From: Podarcis bocagei
Lineage: Eukaryota
Strand: one strand, 5' to 3'
Length of the DNA: 64,000 bases
Assembly (NCBI GenBank): GCA_964188305.1
Contig: OZ076888.1
In this document: positions 14,298 through 28,021 of the stretch, piece after piece
How positions within the stretch are numbered: position 1 is the first letter of the stretch
Layout of the letters: each line of letters begins with the position of its first letter
The notes under the pieces: model-generated
The model's input: the letters and a program-made list of their open reading frames with translations, nothing else
What the model was told of the DNA's origin: nothing
Databases searched by the model: none
Program-made: the position numbers and the translations under genes

Positions 14298-15593
14298 AGT
14301 GAAGTCTACCTGCGGTTTGTGTGTGTGCCTATAAAACCCGCACGAACATAATCATATCCACACATTTTGGACAGTGTTTCTGGGTGGTCTTCAAAGGTTC
14401 CGCATTGGCGTACAGAAATCTTACATCCTTTGGAAGATGACGCGGAGTCTGGGAATAAAACAACATCATCTGAGCTACAGGCTGCTGCCTCAATAATCCA
14501 AACGCGCGGCTCTCCATGCCCCACAAGCCCGCTTCTACATTGTCTGGAGTTTCTGCTAAATAGACTCTAACAATTCATATTTCTCAGCCAGCGTTCACGT
14601 CTTTCCATACCTAATAGCCCATGAAGAAAAGTATGAAATATACATCTCACGAAGCAGACATTAAAAGTACCCGCACAATGAGAGACTGGGTTGGAGTTTA
14701 AAAGGCCATTTAATGCAACCTCTCTTCTTAATAGCATTCTTGTCAAGTATTTTTTTTAAAAAATAATGATCTTCGCCAGGTATTGATTTATTCAGTAAAA
14801 GAGTTAATTAAGCATTCTTACAAGAAGCCACGATCTCTCTCCATATATGTGTGAGAGAGAGTGCGCGTGCGCGTGTGTATAAACACACACATACATATAA
14901 ATAGTGCGTGTCTATTTATCTGTTCAAAACCAGACAGATGCAATATTGTAATTAAATGTATTAAACTTTTAAAACATTCTAGCGCCCATCGCTGAGTTGT
15001 GTAACCAAATATGTATGGCTGACTGGTTATTCCGAGAAGCCTGTTGTTTTATAGGTCGTGGGGATACTATGGGGTTTTTTGGGCGGGGGGTGGGTTACAA
15101 TACAACTTCAAGCATAGATAGAACTTAGTTTTAGTGATGTTCAAAATCGTCTGATTTGAAAATGACAGAATACTCGGTATTGGTAGCCAGGCAATCCATT
15201 CAGATAAAACATATTTCTAAAACAAACTACCACTGGTGAATAATAATAATAAAATCTACACCCAAAGAAGCTATGGCATTTATCTTTTAAGATTCTTCTA
15301 GATTTTGTAAAAATGAAACGATGATTCCTTTCAATCATGCTGGGGGTGGGCGGGTAAGGGAGATAATACTGTATATTGCCCTATATCTTCTTTCCTTTTC
15401 CATTTAGGCTCGCATACTAAATCGCTGAAACTGCTACGTTCCCGCTAAGGCTAACGGTCTAGAGACGACTAAACTTTATCATTGCATTTCTTTAGGGTTA
15501 AATGAATACCCAGCGTGTCTTTCGGCCGCAGTTCCTCCGGGTTGTGTCTCAGCCTCTATGGTTCTCTCGAACTTCTTTCAGTATCTGTAGGCC

Positions 15594-15607
15594 CTGCAAG
15601 GTGGCGC
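15594..15607 (+). promoter_or_regulatory. CTCF-like motif
   Basis: CTGCAAGGTGGCGC resembles the CTCF core CCASYAGRKGGCRS. Confidence 0.45.
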
Positions 15608-16479
15608 TCTTTGCACTGGAAGAGCTGATAAATGAGCTTCTCATTAGAATAACATTTTCTAGGAAGTGAAGTTTAAAAAACAACAACACACAAAACAGGC
15701 TCTACCATTTCTTAACTGTTTCTTTCCGACTGAAAAGATCTATAAGACATCGCAGCACATCTCCGCGACCCAGATCCTACTTCCTAAGTGTCCAGAGAGA
15801 CCTATGTAGATTTAAGTAAAACATTCCAGCAAAACACCAAAACACAAGCTTCTCCTTCCCCCATGACTCTGTTTACAAAAATCCTGCACAAAATAATAAA
15901 TATATACCAGGTCAATATATACTGTGAGTAGCTAGCAGACATGCGTATTAAGAACTGAGATAACTTGGGGATCCAAACCAGCTTCACTATCCCCAAATCC
16001 TCATCGCCGTTGATGCTGCGGCTGACTCGCTGAACTTCTAAATATCTATATTTTAAAAGAAGCTGTTAAAATGCCATCTTGGCCTACAAGAGAGGTCAGC
16101 AGGTGCAATTCACTCTGTGACATAATATCCCAAACACAGAGAGCTCGTGATCTGTGTTGTCTGTTGATATGTTGTCTGCTTAATGGGGCGATCAAGCAAC
16201 CTACACCAAGGAACAAAGCCTAGCGGTTCCTACAAGCGTCGCTAAGTTAACGGAAGCACCACAGCTTGCAAATCTATCAAACTAAACTGCAAGAAAGACA
16301 ATCTGATTTAGAGAAAAAGGCGTTCTGCCACAGTCATTAAGCACAAGTAATTTAGATTTTTTTTTAATATATATTGTCTTCTCATTTACAAATTTACTGT
16401 ATCACCGCCAGCCAATGGAACGAATTTCTTAAGTAAATGGGGGGAAATAAAAGAGATAATCAAACTACATAAACTCCCT

Positions 16480-18072
16480 CCCACCCTCTCTGGGTTTGTT
16501 TTATTTTGCTGCTGTTGTAAGGAACAACTCTGGCAAAATTATAGTAAAAAATATATACCAACTGCAAACACAGAACGGAGCATCTAAACAGAGGAATATA
16601 ATATAATATAATGGCGTGGCTTTGGGGGGGGGAGAGGTGAGGATCGCAGAAGGCCTTGCAAGAATAAAAAAAAAGACTGCTTGTGATTTCAAATGACTCA
16701 GATTAAATAATACCTAAAAGCTTCTCAAATTTAAACATATGAATTATTTTCGCAATTACTGATTGTAGCAAAGAGCAAATCCATTTTATGATATTGTGGC
16801 AACACCTCATCCTTCCCCCCCCCCCCCGACAAGATTTGCATGGTCGTATGCAATCTATTGCTACTCTGCTGTAGTTGTTGCTATTGTTATTATTAGGAGT
16901 CAGCAATGGTCATTTAAATTATATTGCAGCCCAAAACTTTTGTTTCATAAGGTTTTATATAAATACTAATTACACCCTACCCTAAATGCCAGCAGGGGCA
17001 CATCAATTTATCACATTAATATCAAATTTGCTGGTCTAGTGATGACATAATGGTAGTACAGTAGGATAAGGAGTGGAAGTCATGGGGCAGGATTCTTGGT
17101 CCAGTCTGTAGTTTACTGTCCTGAAAACTAGCTAAGTTGCAGCAGAGCAGCAGGCTTAGTCAATAAGGATTCCTACCACGGATTATGGGATTTCAGAATC
17201 TTTAATAAGGTACGAAATGTTACCAAACAGTTCTGTAAACTAAATTGTACATACCAATTCTTCTAGCCATAAATATTGAATATCTGTAACATGTATAACC
17301 GGACCTTTACATGCGGATAAATATGGAAATTAGGAAGTATATACAGTATGTGGTTGTATTTGCCAAAAGCAATGGACAGGTTATAGTTTATAGCTTTTTT
17401 TTTTTTAATACCACTTTACATAAACAAATGTAACAGTTTGACACGCAGATCCAGGCTTGCACTATACGAATTTCTTGACAGGACGTGTAACAACATTTTA
17501 CTGCACTACTTAGACTGGACTTTGGGACGAAATGTTTGCACTTTATACAAAAGAAAAAGCACATTAATACCAATAATATTCTGTTAGGTCGACGTTTAGA
17601 CTGTAATAATACAAAGTAATTCACATTTTGGTACACATTTACTGGAACATCCTTGCCATTCAGTACAAATAGATGATTTGCTACCTCCTCCCTCCTTCCC
17701 CCCCCACTTTTCAACCTCCTCCCCTATCCCCCTCCCCTATTCCCCTCCCCCCACATATATATGCAAAGACCACAATTCCACGTATCCCCTTATTCAACTT
17801 GTGGTATAACTATTTACAAAATCAAACAGTACATTGTAAGCTAGTATTTCTGTATTTACAGAAAACAAGGCGCTGCCCAAAGAGACATGCAGTTGAAGAA
17901 CTCCAGTCAGTGGTTCCATTAAAAAGCCCTGCACATCGGCAAGATGGCCCAATAACCCTGCTCTTCTCACGCACTCTAGAAAAAAACCATTTGCTTTCCA
18001 AGCCTTTGCCCCAAACACGACAAAACCAAAACAAAAAAACAGAAATTGAAGAAGAGAGGGAGATAGATAGAA

Positions 18073-18107
<35 letters not shown>

Positions 18108-18248
18108 ATTCTTGATTTGATTCGGTCCTGGGTCTATGGGCAGCATTTTAAAAAAAATCAAAACACACAAAAAGATCGATTTTCAAAGTGTTCATTAATT
18201 TTTGGAGTCTTTTAAATAGGTTGGATTTGCATTTGTTTGTTCGTTTGT
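16480..18248 (-). other. ZIC1: ZIC1 3' UTR
   Basis: AU-rich sequence after TAA, two TGTAAATA elements, ATTAAA at ~17201 and ~17404, and AATAAA at 16500-16505 (minus strand). The cleavage site is uncertain. Confidence 0.6.
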
Positions 18249-18446
<198 letters not shown>

Positions 18447-19358
18447 CTAGAAAACAGAAATGAATAACAAAGGGAAATGCTTGAAGTGTGTGTGGATTCA
18501 CACATAGATATACGTGTATCGCTGGGTGCACACACACACACACACATACCCCTGGCTAGATAAATATATAAATATTGTTATACCCATGCAAACAATATGC
18601 ACGTATGCATCTGGCCCATTTACTTGCCCAACATGCTAAATCACGGAGCTGAGCTCACAGATTGAACTCTAAATGCCACGGTGGGGGGAGGGTGGCGGCG
18701 CGGGGGAAGCGTGAAGTTTGAAATACTGCTTCGCTAATCAGGATGTTGGCTGATCTCATAGAAACGCCGAGCTCTTAACTTAACTATACACCGAGATCGC
18801 CTGTTCTCAGCTAATTTCAGGGAACTGCCATGCAAGATAAATACGGCCCTGGGATACACAAAAGAAGAACGATATCCTAGCGGAGGCTTGAACAAGAAAC
18901 CCAGAGTTTCTATGCCTGCCTGTGTCCCTTCAGACTCCCCATCGAGTCTTTTTCTTTAAATTCTCCCCCTGAAGCAATGCACAACCCCAGGCTAGCCCAA
19001 ACCGGGATCCATTGTGAGACAATTTACAGCGTAAAGAACTGGAATCCCGGGTCTCCAGAAACGAAGACTTTCCACGCCTTTAAGCAAACGTAATCACTTC
19101 TCCTTTAATAAACCTTTCCAGAGTGACAGAACAATACGGGCTAGTTTCCCAGTTTCCTGTCCGGAACGTCGCGTCACTACTGTATAAACTACTGTTTATA
19201 AGGAATAAATGTTTATTTCCCTCCCCCCTCCCCCCTCCTCCAGTAAATAGCGGTGTGCAAAGTCGATGGTGGAAGGAGAGAGGCGAAGGCCACCCGGCCC
19301 AAGCAGATCCCAATGAAAAGAGCTTAGGGGGGGGGAGGAAACTGCGTCTAGCATTTAC

Positions 19359-19522
19359 CTTCATGTGTTTTCGGAGGGAGCTCGGGTGCGTGTAGGACTT
19401 ATCGCACATTTTGCAGAGATAAGGTTTGTCTGAAGTGTGGACGTGCATATGCTTTTTGCGATCGCTGCTGTTGGCGAAGCGCCTGTCACAGCCCTCGAAT
19501 TCACACTTAAAGGGTTTTTCAC
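19359..19522 (-). CDS. ZIC1: ZIC1 coding exon 2 (zinc fingers 4-5), 164 nt
   Basis: Acceptor taatag|GT GAA AAA CCC; [55 protein letters not shown]; donor AAG|GTAAAT. Phases are consistent with exons 1 and 3. Confidence 0.98.
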
Positions 19523-20523
19523 CTATTACAAAAACAAACAAAGTCGACCTAATTGGAAATCTGGCACCTAGATTTTTATAGTATGGAGCAACACCTACAA
19601 CCAATTCTAACCCCCACTTTACTGAACAAGAGTAAATTAAATCAAAGCCTGTTTTCTTTTCCCATTTTTCTTATCTTTCTTTTAAACAGCGAACTGTGGC
19701 ATCTCACCAGAAAATGAACGCCTGGCAAAGGAATACATTTGCGCACAGTTTTGGAAGGAGGGGAAGGTTTGTTGCCACTTTTATGGCTAAATTTGGCGTT
19801 TGTTTACCTTCCCTTCCTTTCCTTATTTATTACGTAGTGTACACATAACCTTCCACGGCTGCACTGTAGTATTAGTTATTAAACTTGCAGTGCATTGCAC
19901 ACTTCTGATTAAACTGTTCAAATCACAATAGCGCCAGCTTTAGATATATTTTTTTTTAAAAAATAGATAAACACACGACAGGTTGTGGAATTTCTTTTTC
20001 CAAAAGGAGAGGGAGAAGGAAAAGACAACACAAGAAATATTAGAACAGGGAGCTGGTGATTTGCGAGTGATTTCAGCGCTCCCAGCCCCCACGTTTCCTT
20101 GTAATAATACATAAACTCGTACAGCTCAGATTACTTACAATAGCCCCACATAATTAAATATTTACAGAGGGTGAGAAATAGATAGCAAGGAAAGCTGAGG
20201 TTAGGTAGCCATATATTTAGCAGGATTTCTCACTGTAAGACAGTCAGTGCCCTCGACTACCAATTAATTAAAACCAATAAATTTTAACAATTCAGATCGC
20301 TGCCATCTTTTCCCCTCCACCCCACACCCTAATCTCCCCCTTTTTCCCTGAAACATTTAGAGCCCTACCTTATATTTGATTTTTCCCACTTAAAAAAAAA
20401 ATAAAGAAAAAGAAACGCAATGTTTGGTTTATAGTGCCAATTAATTCACCAGCTGAACTGAATCCGGCTCTTGGTGTGGATTTGTTTAAGAAAGGAGCCC
20501 CCCACCCCTATATTTATTCCCTA

Positions 20524-22599
<2,076 letters not shown>

Positions 22600-22600
<1 letters not shown>

Positions 22601-22860
22601 GAGGAGGAGCTACGTAAAGACCGACGTCGCTGATCATTGGTGCCTGGCGGTTCCCACTTTCGCTTGCAACTCCCTCCTTCCTCTCCAACTAAGGGTGCGC
22701 AAAACCTTTCTTCTCTCCTGATTGGCCAGCTCAGCTCATCAATCCCAGGTATTGTGAAGCGCATTGACATCGCTTTTGACAAACAGGCTTGTACAGGAGT
22801 AGCAACTTTTTATATACATAAACATATATAATATATAGATATATATTTCGGCTCGGCAAT
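22600..22860 (-). promoter_or_regulatory. ZIC1 proximal promoter
   Basis: Two CCAAT boxes on the minus strand (ATTGG at ~22636 and ~22721), CpG-rich, directly upstream of the conserved leader. Confidence 0.55.
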
Positions 22861-23595
22861 ATTCCAAAGCTCTCTTTTCTATAGCTGTTTTATGGAGATG
22901 TAGAAAGATGTAGATGTTATTCCTGTGCCTATCTTTTCCTTCTTTCTTGTGATGGTGATGCTTGGTTCCTGGAGATCGAGATCTTTGAACAACACAACTT
23001 TTTAAGGAGTTGCCCAGGGAAGTCCATTTGTGACTTGCTCCTTTTCCATTTGGGCTTCCTCCTTGTTTTCTTTCAGATGCTCTCCAAAACGCATGTGTTG
23101 GTTACATTAGATTTTGCTTTAAAACAGCAGGCGTGATTTCTGTGGGGAAACGGCTGTAACGTTCCATCACTTTGTTTTTTCTGAATTATTTTTTAGCACC
23201 CATCAAAAGGCAGGTGGGTGAGAGCGCTTAACTTTCTGCCTCTGTGTGTGTGTGTGTGTGTGTGTAGTGTAGTGTTGTTATTGTATCTCCTTGCACTTTG
23301 TTTCTTGTTTTTCTTTCTTTCTTTTTTACGCGACCTCTTTCATTCAGGTAAAAAAAAAAAAAGACTGTATCCCCCCCCCCAAAAGTTGCTTTTGTCTCTT
23401 CTGTGCTGCATGGAGCTTTTGGATCCTGGGGTTTTATAATGTATTTGAAATCCTCACTAGATAGGAGCAATATAAATTTTCTGACGCTCAAACCTTTTCT
23501 AGTTCACAAATCAGTCACCCTTGTCACATTTATTGAAATTCCTCAACTTGCCACACCAGGACGGTGGAAAAAGCAGGCGGCGCCTTTGTTGCTGA

Positions 23596-23735
23596 NNNNN
23601 NNNNNNNNNNNNNNNNNNNNNNNNNNNNNNNNNNNNNNNNNNNNNNNNNNNNNNNNNNNNNNNNNNNNNNNNNNNNNNNNNNNNNNNNNNNNNNNNNNNN
23701 NNNNNNNNNNNNNNNNNNNNNNNNNNNNNNNNNNN
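23596..23735. other. Assembly gap (N140); other gaps at 26486-26626, 56731-56867, 57791-57934, 60524-60671 and 63848-63987
   Basis: Runs of N. Confidence 0.99.
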
Positions 23736-24936
23736 ATGCAACCCCTCGATTAACCTGCCTTTACCCAACTCAAGTCTATTGAAAAACTACGGATAGTTCT
23801 TCTTTGTTCCTGTTACAAAGACCCATTGACTATATATTAAAATGATTGTCGAGATGTAGAAGTATGGTTACTTAAAAAGAGACAATCTTTGTGACTCAAT
23901 CAATTAAGCAAAGCAACTTGGGTATGTTATTCCCTGTGATGCCCGTGTAGTTTTGAGAAAGAGTGCGTTTTGCTGAGAACAGTGTTTTTAGTTGTTGTTT
24001 TTTTAAAAAAAACACATAATAATATTTTAACCTGGACCATCCCCAACCCCAATACAGAAAATGTAAGCCTGTGTGTTAGACGGAGAGGGAGAGGGATGTT
24101 AATAAATGTTAACTAGAAATCAAAGCCCTTCGGGTTTTGAACCTTTGTCCAGCCTTTATGTGACTTCGCTATGACTTTTCCCCAACCTGATTTATCCTGT
24201 TTTCTGTTAAAGGAGTTAGGAATCAATTCCCTTGGCAGATAAAAGTGCACGAAAAATATTTCCTATTTCAGAGCTGTATATTTCAGTGAAATGTGGGGGG
24301 GGGGCCACACTGTTTGATTTAGGTAAAACAAAAACCACCTTTTTACTGCCATTCGGCAGTGTAATACTATATATCAGATTTCTGAGTACGTTCAATGCAT
24401 AAAGGAGGATATTCGGGGCAGTTCTATTAGCACGGCTTCATAGTTTCTGACCGATAGCGGAGGTAATGCTGCTTGCATGAAAGAAGGCTTGCACACACAA
24501 ACGCACGCACGCATACACACAATGTTTGTGTGTGTGTGTGTGTGTGTGTACACAGACGCATACAAACACATACACACATACATACATACAAGCACACATC
24601 TAAGGTCCTAAAGCAACAGGTCTGAAGCATCTTCCCTTGATAAGGAATATAAAGAGTTTTCATGTGTTAGACTTGGTATATGTAATGAGATCTCGCTCTT
24701 TCGCCCTTTCGCTCTAGTATGCCTAATTACAGAGCGACGGGCAAGAATCTCAGGAAAGTTTGGTCCCAGAGAGAATAATCTACACATACTTGAAGTTAGC
24801 AAAAGGGAATAGATTCGCCTCTCCAAAATGCAGAGCAACACTTAACCCCATCTCAAGAGTCAACAACCGTGGAAGGGTACAGTCCAAAGTTTGTTTGTTT
24901 GTTTGCTGTTGGGAACATGTTCAGATATAAAGTCCA

Positions 24937-24938
<2 letters not shown>

Positions 24939-24970
<32 letters not shown>
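24939..24970. repeat. (TG)n microsatellite
   Basis: Read directly from the sequence. Confidence 0.9.
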
Positions 24971-24972
<2 letters not shown>

Positions 24973-25399
24973 TGCGCGCGCTCTGTGTGCAAGTGTTGTG
25001 GGCTGCAGAAGTTATCAAGTGGGATTTGCGGCATGCTCTCTGCAGGAAACGAAAGCTGCTCCAGTTCAAAGCCACATGCACCAACGTGACATATAAAGCC
25101 ATTAAAATATCATCCTGAAGGTTCATTTCTGCCTCTCCATACAATCCCCAGCTGCTCCCAGAAAGCAAGAAATGAAGAAATGAAGGATGACCGCCTCGAT
25201 GAAGTCGCCCAAGAGGTGTTTTGGTTTTTTTTGATCCAACCGCTGCCCACCCTACCCCCTCTATCCCACCCACCCCCCAGCCTCTCCTCTCGTCTCCCTC
25301 TGTCTTTCGACTTTCTTCACTTTTTTTGGTCAGTTCTGACATGCTAGGCAGAAATGAGGGGATCTCCGCTTCAACAGGTGGAGTGGGGTAAGTGACTGA

Positions 25400-26900
25400 A
25401 GTGGTGATCAAGGGGTGGGAGACGCGGGGCGGGCTAGGAAATGCGGCTTCCCTTCTGCCAGTGTCAGGCCAAGCGCTGGAGCAACCTTTCACCTTCAGGA
25501 GGCTTGTTATGTGCATGAATGAACCTTAGGAGCCCCCCCCTCTTCGCACATACTCTGCGGATGTGGTTTGGCACCTTTTCAGGCACGTGGGCAGAGACTT
25601 TCCTCCACGGGAGACTGCTGGGAGGTAAAGCTGCACCTGGCCCCACCGCCAAAGGCGGGCAGGGCTTTCCCTTCCCCGACCCGAAGGTCCACGCCGCCAA
25701 GTGGATCGGGGCGTTTGTGATCAAAGTGCTTCCCATGGTGCCGCTGGGACAAGCGCCCTATAGCTGAATGCCCACTACAGGAGGGCAGACGGAGAAAAGA
25801 GAGGGCAGCGAAAGAGATGCGATTGCCTCGGAAGAGAGGGAACAGGAGGCGGAGAACATCAGAGTGTGTATCCTAAGCAGACAATGCCCTAGGGTGCCGA
25901 GCGTTAGAGAAGTGCGGTTATCTCGGTCCACCTCTGCTCCAGCCTCCCAACCGTGGAAGATGAGTCGCTGCTTTGGGCTCGAGGTGCAGGGGGGAACCGA
26001 GAGGCGGGGACTGGTCAGCCCAGGTCTTGCTCCCCCTTGAGAACTCGGCACCAGTTTCTCTGTTTCAGGCACTCTCTCCTGCGTAGTTAGGAAGGAGTTA
26101 ACCATGTCTGTGGCTAAAGGTCTAGTAGCCAAGACTTCGTAAGCTTTTCACAATGGACCTTCCATTCCCATCTCGATCAGGAGCTCTCCGTAATCGAGTG
26201 ACACTCCCACCCCCCTTACACACAAACACCCCACTCCACCATCATTTAACTCCTTGTTTCTTTTTTTATTCGTGCAAAAATGTCTACCAATCTGCATGGT
26301 GTTGTTTGGTTTTGGTTTTTTTTAAAAAAAACAACCACCACCAAACCCTTTCGCTGATTTATTTTGCTGCATTTTTATTTTATTCTTTAAAGAGAATATC
26401 TGTAAAATCTGGATCAGAAGGAGGAGGGCGACAGAGCTTTAGGCTATCCAAGTCTTAAAGGGAATCGAGAGGGATTTCCACGAAANNNNNNNNNNNNNNN
26501 NNNNNNNNNNNNNNNNNNNNNNNNNNNNNNNNNNNNNNNNNNNNNNNNNNNNNNNNNNNNNNNNNNNNNNNNNNNNNNNNNNNNNNNNNNNNNNNNNNNN
26601 NNNNNNNNNNNNNNNNNNNNNNNNNNTCGCAGTGGCGAGACCGGTGAAGCCCGTTGCATTTCCTTGGCTACTGTTGATCATGTAGTTAATCAGTTTGGAT
26701 AAGTGTTGAAGGCTTGAGTTCTTGAAGTGGCCGGCTTTGGAAACACCCCTGGAGCTTGACCTCTGACCTGCGACCGGGAACATGTGCCGGGCCCACCGTA
26801 TCCGGGACAATGACTCGAGTGTGTAGCCGCGCGCCCGCGCGCCCGCGCGCCCCCGCCTCTGTGCACATTGGTTCGCCCTTCCGTTTCGAACGACTAGCTC
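25400..26900. promoter_or_regulatory. Intergenic CpG-rich region; candidate distal ZIC4 promoter/first exon
   Basis: GC/CpG-rich, E-box CACGTG at ~25584, donor-like TTC|GTAAGC at 26139. Confidence 0.45.
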
Positions 26901-27978
26901 AACCTGATTTCCTAACCTTCGTCCAAGAATAGAGTTGCTCTAATGTTCTCCGCAAACAATTTGTCTAGCTCTTGAAAGGCAGGATCTGTCCAAGTGTCTT
27001 CTGAGTTACTCTATAAAACATTTAGGATTACCTTGAGCCTTGTATGCTCAGTCTCAGAGCGTTGAAAAATATATGTTATGCTTTTAAAACAATATGCGTA
27101 GGGGAGGTGGATTCATTGCAGCTTCCCTTGCCTCAACTAGGCCGTTTGAGGATGGAAATAGTTCATAAGAAGAACCCTCAAATTCCGCATGGTATTCCAA
27201 AGAGTCAGCTGGATCTGTAAAAGATTTGCTGGAAGTTTATTAGAATGGCTGGCTGCATCGAGAGTCGGGTTACCGGACATGGTTTGAGTGCTGCCAAATT
27301 GTTTTTAGTATGGAAATAGAGGCTGTTGACTAGCCGACCTGCAGTAGAAGTCCAGCCTTTCTGGATGTAAATACTACACACGCGCGCGTACAAACACCTA
27401 CGCACACATACACAGGCTTGTTCCATTTCATCTCAGAAGTGCATCTCACACAATAAAATAATCTCATGCACTTCTGGAATGGAATATATAAGAAAGAGTT
27501 CGGGCTGTAAACAGACGCTGTTTACGGTGCCCCCTATTTTGAAATTTCGGGTGAGGTGCGTATCAAACTTTAAAGTAGGAGGGGGGAAAGTATTAATAAT
27601 TGAAGTTAAGGTATATAATGCCAGGGTTTTTTCCACATTCATGGACCTTGCACCTATTTCCTCTCCTTTTTTCGAGCCAAAAAGAAACAGGAAATCCTAT
27701 CTTTTCCCTTCTTCAGGTCAGAGCACTACTTCGGTGTTAATAATAACCCCAAATTTGATATGATGTGCGGAGACGTTGCACTCCATCTTGATAGTATTTG
27801 AGGAAATCTGGCCTCTCCCCCCCCCACACATCTGTTTATTTTTGAAAATTAAAACGTATTTCAGAATAAAAATAATTAATAGCATCATAATAATTTATAA
27901 TGATTCAAAAGTGTCAAGTTTGGGCATCCCATATAAAGCCCCTCCTTGATTCAATAACTTCACTGAGCATTTTAAGAG

Positions 27979-27981
27979 TAT

Positions 27982-28020
<39 letters not shown>

Positions 28021-28021
28021 T
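27979..28021. repeat. (TATT)n microsatellite
   Basis: About 10 units. Confidence 0.9.

Noticed and set aside
16988-17001. CCAGCAGGGGCAC as a CTCF or ZIC autoregulatory site
   Set aside because: One G short of the CTCF core, and a single short ZIC-like match is expected by chance.
17673-18215. 180-aa plus-strand ORF antisense to the ZIC1 3' UTR
   Set aside because: Built from C-rich and (AG)n repeats, with no coding signature.
24860-25516. 218-aa minus-strand ORF
   Set aside because: It runs through a (CA)n microsatellite, is low complexity and shows no domain or exon structure.
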